NCBI GenBank assembly: GCA_963733675.1
Contig: CAVTET010000001.1
Coordinates: 1,088,001-1,152,000, forward strand
Source of the DNA: an uncultured Methanosarcinaceae archaeon
GTDB lineage: Archaea > Halobacteriota > Methanosarcinia > Methanosarcinales > Methanosarcinaceae
Direction of reading: 5' to 3'
Length of the DNA stretch: 64,000 bases
Numbering within the stretch: position 1 is the stretch's first letter; each line of letters starts with the position of its first letter. Shown piece after piece: positions 57,570 to 64,000 of the stretch. A program made the translations under genes and the position numbers. The notes under the pieces are model-generated. The model saw only the letters and a list, made by a program, of their open reading frames with translations, had not been told where the DNA came from and did no database searches.

Positions 57570-58673
57570 TTGGAGTTGATTTTCATACCTCATCCGAAAA
57601 CAGTAGAAGAAATGATTGAGTGTGCTGGGCCTATAGAATGTGACCTGCTACCCAGGCTTGTTCAGGTGACTGAGACTGCTGCAATTGCTGCAGCATATCA
57701 AATGGGGCGTGGTAATAAGATTTTAGCTGACCAGGTGGCAGTTGCCTCCATGCGGAGAATGCTGAATAAGCTTGATATGAAAGGTATAATCAAAATCGGA
57801 GAAGGGGAACGGGATAAAGCCCCTATGCTATACATAGGAGAACAAGTCGGAACAGGTAGAGGTAATCTTGAAGTTGATATCGCAGTCGATCCTCTTGAAG
57901 GAACAAACCTTACGGCCAACGGCGGTCCAGGTTCAGTTGCGGTTATGGCCATGGCTGAAAGGGGCGGAATTTTCCATGGCCCTGATATCTACATGGATAA
58001 GATCGTTGTAGGGCCAGATGTGGTGCGTTACGAAAGTGAGCATCCTGATGAGAAGATTGATTTAGATGCTTCTGTCAAGCACAATCTTGGGATAGTTGCC
58101 AAAGCTCTCGGGAGGAATATTGGAGAGCTTGTGGTCGTAATTCTAGATCGGCCCAGGCATGAGCAGAAAATAACCGAAATTAGGGAAGCTGGGGCCCGTA
58201 TAAGGTTGATTACTGACGGAGACCTTATGCCAGGTATTGCAACTGCAATCAGGGGGTCAGGCATTCACATGGTTGTGGGTTCAGGGGGCTCAGGTGAAGC
58301 TGTCTTGACAGCTGCTGCAATCAAAATTCTGGGGGGTAAAGTCCTTGCAAGGCTTGTTCTGCCTACGGTTGCAAATGGGCATACCAAGGACAAAATTGAT
58401 GAAGAGATTGAGGAAAAAATGCCGAGGCTTGAGAAGATGGGGATTACCTTGGGGAATCTTAAGGATGTTCTTGATACCGATAAACTTGTGCCAGGTAATG
58501 ATATTATTTTCTCTGCAACTGCTGTCACTCCTGGCCACTTCCTTCGCGAAGTAAACCTATTTGGTAGCGGGGATGCCAGGGTACACACTATTTCGATGGG
58601 TTCTTCGGGAACTGTCAGGTTCACAGATAGCATTTACATAAAGGACAAGCGAGAAACCCCTCTATACCTATAA
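57570..58673 (+). CDS. glpX: Class II fructose-1,6-bisphosphatase
   Basis: GEGERDKAPMLYIGE, DIAVDPLEGT, YMDK, RPRH, DGD. Confidence 0.96.
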   Translation: MELIFIPHPKTVEEMIECAGPIECDLLPRLVQVTETAAIAAAYQMGRGNKILADQVAVASMRRMLNKLDMKGIIKIGEGERDKAPMLYIGEQVGTGRGNLEVDIAVDPLEGTNLTANGGPGSVAVMAMAERGGIFHGPDIYMDKIVVGPDVVRYESEHPDEKIDLDASVKHNLGIVAKALGRNIGELVVVILDRPRHEQKITEIREAGARIRLITDGDLMPGIATAIRGSGIHMVVGSGGSGEAVLTAAAIKILGGKVLARLVLPTVANGHTKDKIDEEIEEKMPRLEKMGITLGNLKDVLDTDKLVPGNDIIFSATAVTPGHFLREVNLFGSGDARVHTISMGSSGTVRFTDSIYIKDKRETPLYL

Positions 58674-58837
58674 ACCCTTTCTTGCTTATCCTTTTATTTT
58701 TATTTTGTTTTGAAAAACTGAATACGTGGTGATCAGTTTAAATGTGAATTGTGAAAACAAGAATTAAGCTTGAAAAAAAGCACTGAATAGACTTAATTAA
58801 AAATTTAAGGGTTAAATGCAGATTTAAGAGTTAAAAT

Positions 58838-60148
58838 ATGAGGATCTATCTTGAAAGTTTTGGCTGTTCGGCAAGTCAGGCATCGGCTGAAGTCATGAGA
58901 GCAATTGTAAAGAAGCTTGGACACGAACTACTGGGTCTAGATACTGCAGATCAGGCAGAGGTTTATATCTGCAACTCTTGCACTGTCAAATATACAACAG
59001 AGCAAAAGATTCTCCACAAAATCCGTAGCTTGGGTGAGAAAAATGTAGAGGTGATTGTATCTGGCTGTATGCCCGAAGTTCAGCTTGAAGATGTCCTCCA
59101 TGCAAATCCCGAAGCCCATATTCTGGGTGTAAATGCTGTTTCTAGTCTTGAAGATCTTCTTTTCTCAATCGAACGAAGGCAAAAACAAGGTATTTTTCGA
59201 AAAGAACACCTTGAAATCTATGCCTTTGAACCATTGGGCTTTCTGAATGTTCCACATGAGCGCTTCAATCCCAATATTCATATTTGCCAGATTTCCCAGG
59301 GTTGTAATTTTACTTGTTCCTATTGTGTTGTAAAGTACGCAAGAGGCAAACTCCACTCGTTTCCACCAAATGAAATTGTTCAGGATATTCAAACTGCAGT
59401 CGAAGATGGTTGTAAGGAAATCTGGCTTACTTCTCAGGATGACAGTCAGTACGGAATGGATACGGGCTTCAAACTCCCCGAACTCCTGCGCATGATTTCT
59501 GAAATTTCTGGCGACTTTAGGATAAGAGTTGGTATGATGAATCCTCTTTCCGTCCAGCCAATTCTTGACGACATCGTAGAAGCCTTTGATTCCGAAAAAA
59601 TCTTCAAATTCCTCCACCTCCCCATCCAGTCAGCGTCTTACTCTGTGCTTAAAAAGATGAATCGTATGCATCAAATGGATACTGTGGAAATGATCATTGA
59701 AAAATTCCGCTCACGTTTCAGAGATTTGTCCCTCTTCACTGATGTGATCGTAGGTTTCTGTAATGAAACTGATGAAGACTTCGAAGAAACAGTCAAATGG
59801 GTAAAAAAGTACCGGCCGGAAAAAGTAAACATCTCACGTTACTCCCCTCGAAAGCATACGAAAGCTTTTTCTTTCAGAAACTTAGACTCTCGGATTTCGA
59901 TTCAGCGTTCTCACTATTTGCACAAAGTGTGTGAACAGATTAAATTTGAGTCTAAACAGGAAATTATTGGCTGGAAAGGCAAAGCTTTTGCTTCGAAGTA
60001 CACAGAAATGGGGGATATTCTCGCGCGAACGGACTCCTATCGTCCTGTTATCATAAGCGGTTCAGATCTTAGGCCTGGTCAGTGTGCCAATGTAGAAATC
60101 GTTGCGTCAAAGCCTGGTTATTTTCTCGGAAAAGTTGTCAATAAATAG
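58838..60148 (+). CDS. tRNA t6A37 methylthiotransferase (archaeal MtaB/CDKAL1-like; radical SAM plus TRAM)
   Basis: SFGC, NSCTVK, SGC, GCNFTCSYC, RVGMMNP, HLPIQS. Confidence 0.9.
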   Translation: MRIYLESFGCSASQASAEVMRAIVKKLGHELLGLDTADQAEVYICNSCTVKYTTEQKILHKIRSLGEKNVEVIVSGCMPEVQLEDVLHANPEAHILGVNAVSSLEDLLFSIERRQKQGIFRKEHLEIYAFEPLGFLNVPHERFNPNIHICQISQGCNFTCSYCVVKYARGKLHSFPPNEIVQDIQTAVEDGCKEIWLTSQDDSQYGMDTGFKLPELLRMISEISGDFRIRVGMMNPLSVQPILDDIVEAFDSEKIFKFLHLPIQSASYSVLKKMNRMHQMDTVEMIIEKFRSRFRDLSLFTDVIVGFCNETDEDFEETVKWVKKYRPEKVNISRYSPRKHTKAFSFRNLDSRISIQRSHYLHKVCEQIKFESKQEIIGWKGKAFASKYTEMGDILARTDSYRPVIISGSDLRPGQCANVEIVASKPGYFLGKVVNK

Positions 60149-60167
60149 ATCAGGCCTTAACTCCAAG

Positions 60168-60946
60168 GCTTGACGTCCCTTCTCAGCATGCATCAGCGTG
60201 GCATGTGGGCTGAGAACCGTCCACTTCATATCTTTTTTTAAGAGACCTTAAATCTAAATGTTTATCGTTATATATTATATGAAAACTATGAAGTATACTA
60301 TGTGTTGATAGAGCCATTAGTATATGCATTCAACTGTCATTTTGTGCAATGCTTAAAATACAGAAGAGGAGTCTTTTATGGTCAATAGATAGTGGATTTA
60401 CTAAAATCTAAAATTTATGATCTAAGTAAAACTTTTGATGCAGAAATTCTAGATGTTGAGTGTGATATAGATCGTTTTCAGATAAATTTCACATCAAAAC
60501 CAATATTGATATTTCAAAATATATCAATATTATCTCAACAATCTGTTTAAGAGAAATAGATAAAATTTTCATGATGTTACAAAAATGTTATGGTAAAACA
60601 GCTTCTGGTCAAGATTATATTTCATAGTACCAGCATAACAAATGCTATTGGATACTTTGGGAACATATGTTGCGTGTCAGATCAACAGGTAACTAGCGAA
60701 GAAAATACAAATTTATCCAACTGAAGAACAGGTTAATGTTATCTGGGAACTATTCGACAAATGTAGGTAGTCTATAATTTCGCTCTTGCAGATAGAAAGG
60801 ATGCTTATGATAAAGGAATGCATAATTTAAAATATGCTTAACAACAAAATAAGCTACCTGATCTCAAAAAATGGACTCCTGAATTCAACATAGTATATTC
60901 ATAAACATTTCAAAGTGTGTTGAAAAAACTTGATAGTAGTTATCAC
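60168..60946 (+). mobile_element. Degenerate IS200/IS605 element (left-end hairpin, tnpA pseudogene, tnpB 5' part), truncated by IS6
   Basis: Stem TTCTCAGC/GCTGAGAA 60180-60216; VYAFNCHFVQCLKYRR, SFWSR pieces; VYNFALADRK...QNKLPDLKK. Confidence 0.75.
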
Positions 60947-61801
60947 GGTTCCGTTGCAAAAACTTCAACAAAATATGTAAATCTATAAGTGATTAATAAA
61001 AATCAAAACATTCAAGGAAAATGTACTAACATTATAAAACTATACCAAATAATTGATTAATGTATTTGACTTCATTAAGAACAGAGTAATTTAGATCGAT
61101 TATTTGTCCTTTTTTGATCATATTTATAGCTTCAATTCCTTTTAAAGTCTTATTAGCAGATCGAAAAGACTGAAATCCTAACATTGGATTAACGATTCTC
61201 TTTATAGATCTGTGATCTTGTTCTATAATGTTATTCAAATACTTGATTTGTCTAATGCCTATGTTTTTAGGTAGTATTTTATCATTTTTCAGTTTATCTA
61301 TAGCAGGTGGATAAGCTGGATTCTTATCAACGGTTATTAATCTTGGAATTTGATTATGATTAGAACTTAAAGCTTTCTTAAAAAATCTCTTCGCTGCATT
61401 TCGATTTCGTGTTACACTTAACATGAAATCAATTGTATCTCCATTTGAGTCAACTGCTCGGTAAAAATATTTCCATTTACCTTTTATTTTGATATAGGTT
61501 TCATCAACTTTCCACGAATAGTTTGTTGGTCTTAAATGTCTTCTTATCTTCTTTTCTAGTTCAGGGGAATATTGATGTACCCATCTCATGATTGTTGTAT
61601 GGTCGACTTTTACTCCCCTTTCTGCCATCATTTCCTTTAAATTTCTATAACTTAATGCATATTTTAAGTACCATCTTACATTCAATAAGATAATTTCCCC
61701 TTCATAATGCTTCCATTTAAAGGAATTAGATAGCATGTTACTATCTTTGGTTTTCTTTTTATTCTATTGTATCATTAGAAAGGATTTTTTGCAAAGGAAC
61801 C
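60947..61801 (-). mobile_element. IS6-family element with intact transposase (61032-61736)
   Basis: TIRs; full 234-aa DDE ORF. Confidence 0.97.
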
Positions 61802-62790
61802 TATTTTGGAATCGAAGTACCAGTATTTTAACTTTAGTTAGATAGAGTGTTTAGAACAAAATATGAAATAGAAGTGCTTTGAACAAAAAGTTGGATGTTC
61901 CATCAGTTTTGTATAAATCTGATTTACTTTATATCAGTGATGTACATAGTTTTCTGTAAAATTAAAAAAGTCATAGATTCAATGCAGTTAATATCAAATA
62001 TGCTGAAGTGCAACATTTTTATGCACAGTTTTGTATCTAAATCTATACATTTTCGAAGTTCCAAACAAAATAAATATAGTACTCGAAACAAAATTACAAA
62101 TATGAATAAACGGAATCAAAAACTCAATTTTCCAATACCAGAGTCTCGATTAATCAATTTCTAATAAATCTTCATTACTTTACTTTCAATAAAAAATAAT
62201 TTCCTAATGTGTTTTTCTATGCTGTTTACGTCAATATCTAGGTGTTAGTCGAATAGCAATCGTTCATCCCAAAATACATATATGCTAGTCTTTTGGTTTG
62301 GGATATGGATTATATAAACTAAATAGTTTATGATATTACAATATGATATATATCCAAAAAATATATATTTTCTCGCGTTCATGTAATATCTGATCCATAA
62401 ATGCACTATTGCATAGATCCAAAAATAAAGTAGTTAAATGTAGGAGTGTAGTTATGTGTCTAAAAATAAAAAAATTGCTAAAAATCTCTTCAATAGATAA
62501 TGTATGTTATCCACAACTTATAAGATCTATTTTTTTTATATGTCGCTGATACTCATGGCACTTCAATTATTCACTTCTGTTATCTTGTTAAGGATTGGGT
62601 TCCATATCTCTAAGGTATTCCTGTGAAATCAGAAAGCTTAAAATTAAATCAACTTTTACAATTATATAATGAGCAATCTTGACTTTAAATGCAGTACTGC
62701 TCATTATTTACGTTTATTCACATTACTTCTCAAAAACATGAATGTGGCACAAAATAATAAAAATCAGATAACATATACCACAAAACTAAA

Positions 62791-63816
62791 TTGGTTGAAT
62801 CAATGCTATCTAAAAATAAAAGCCAAGAAACTAGAATTATTACTCAGGCAAATCTGAAAGTTTCTCAGGAAAACCAGATCATCGAACGTTTTATCAGAGC
62901 TATTGATCAATTAGAAAATCCAGCAATAGATATTCGGTTAGGTGGGATATATGCCCTTGAAAGAATTGCAAATGAATCGGAGAAAGACTATTGGCCAATT
63001 ATGGAATTTTTTACGGCTTATGTTAGGAAGAGCTCTTGTGTTAATAGTCGATTAAAAGAATTTTCAAAAATACGAAAGACACCTTTCGATATTCAAGCAA
63101 TTCTTACTGCGATTGGAAAGCGTAAAAATTATTTAAATGATAGAGAGCCCAACTGGCTAAATTTGCGAAAAACTTATCTTGAAGGAGCTAACCTTAAAGA
63201 TGCTCATCTTGAAGGAGCTAATCTTATGAATTCTCATCTCGAAGGAGCTAATCTTATGAGTTCTCATCTTGAAGAAGCTAACCTTATGAATGCTCATCTT
63301 GAAGAAGCTAATCTTATGAATGCTAATATTGGAGGAGCTAATCTTATTGTTACTCATTTTGAAGAAGCTGAACTTTCGGGTTCTAATCTTGAAAAATCTG
63401 ATCTTAGGGGTGCTTATCTTGAAGGAGCTAACCTTAAAGATGCTCATCTTGAAAAATCGAAACTTTGTGGCGCTCATCTTGAAGGAGCAAACCTTATGGA
63501 TACCAATCTTGAAGGAGCTGATCTCATGGGTGCTTATCTTGAAGGAGCTAATCTTATTGGTGCTCATCTTGAAGAAGCAAATCTTAAAGGTACCAATCTT
63601 GAAGGAGCTTGTCTTAAAATGGCTAATCTTGGAGAGGCAGATTTTAAAGATGCTTATCTTAAAGGAGCTGACCTTAAAAGAACTTATTTGAAAGGAGCCA
63701 AGAACTTATCAATTGAACAACTTTCTAAAGTTAAAACACTTTATAAAGCAGAGATGGATGAATCTCTTCGCGCATCACTCAAAAAGGAATGTTCTGCTCT
63801 TTTTGAAGAACCTTAA
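62791..63816 (+). CDS. Pentapeptide-repeat protein (possibly lacking its N-terminus)
   Basis: ERFIRAIDQL...RLGGIYALERIA domain, then many A(N/H)LEG repeats. Confidence 0.9.
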   Translation: MVESMLSKNKSQETRIITQANLKVSQENQIIERFIRAIDQLENPAIDIRLGGIYALERIANESEKDYWPIMEFFTAYVRKSSCVNSRLKEFSKIRKTPFDIQAILTAIGKRKNYLNDREPNWLNLRKTYLEGANLKDAHLEGANLMNSHLEGANLMSSHLEEANLMNAHLEEANLMNANIGGANLIVTHFEEAELSGSNLEKSDLRGAYLEGANLKDAHLEKSKLCGAHLEGANLMDTNLEGADLMGAYLEGANLIGAHLEEANLKGTNLEGACLKMANLGEADFKDAYLKGADLKRTYLKGAKNLSIEQLSKVKTLYKAEMDESLRASLKKECSALFEEP

Positions 63817-64000
63817 TGAATTCTTTTTATAACCAGACACTTGATTTAACTCTCATGAATGCACAGTTTTTGTAACTAAACCTATTCATCAGTGAGAATA
63901 ATAGAGTTTATTATAAAACAATCTAAATTTAATTTTGTTGTTTATTGTTAAAATTTTTTATAAGGAAATAAATTTTATTCTGAATCTATCTTTTTAATAA

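Noticed and set aside
1546-59617. Numerous short antisense or alternate-frame ORFs within atpA, proS, ahcY, glpX and the methylthiotransferase
   Set aside because: Shadow frames of well-supported genes with no motifs.
63170-63700. 15-bp periodic repeats as a CRISPR or DNA repeat array, plus overlapping ORFs 63157(-) and 63320(+)
   Set aside because: Explained by pentapeptide coding repeats. There are no unique spacers, and the overlapping ORFs are shadows.
1-64000. tRNA/rRNA genes and CRISPR-cas
   Set aside because: No cloverleaf, rRNA-like segment, repeat-spacer array or cas gene was recognised.

Overview
AT-rich archaeal DNA, most consistent with Methanosarcina. That call is inferred from the gene set: archaeal-type ProS, ZPR1/SepF/PUA cluster, AhcY, GlpX, archaeal MtaB, a bacterial-type N-ATPase atpAG, and YVTN and pentapeptide proteins. 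Intact core islands sit in heavily decaying accessory DNA. The window has 7 full-length and 2 partial IS6 copies (2 with intact transposases), remnants of IS5, IS110, IS256, IS630 and IS200/IS605, and many pseudogenes. Highlights: (1) a ~150-bp MITE family with IS6-type ends, two identical inverted copies of which bracket a META-domain gene with a single in-frame amber codon; (2) a second ~92-bp MITE family; (3) a candidate C-rich structured RNA or leader with a TATA box and a linked 25-aa ORF; (4) a shared ~30-70-bp upstream module in front of several small/stress genes; (5) a probable IS6-bounded 15-kb inversion that splits a glycan locus; (6) mosaic, co-propagated defective IS6 alleles. All calls are by eye, with no database searches.
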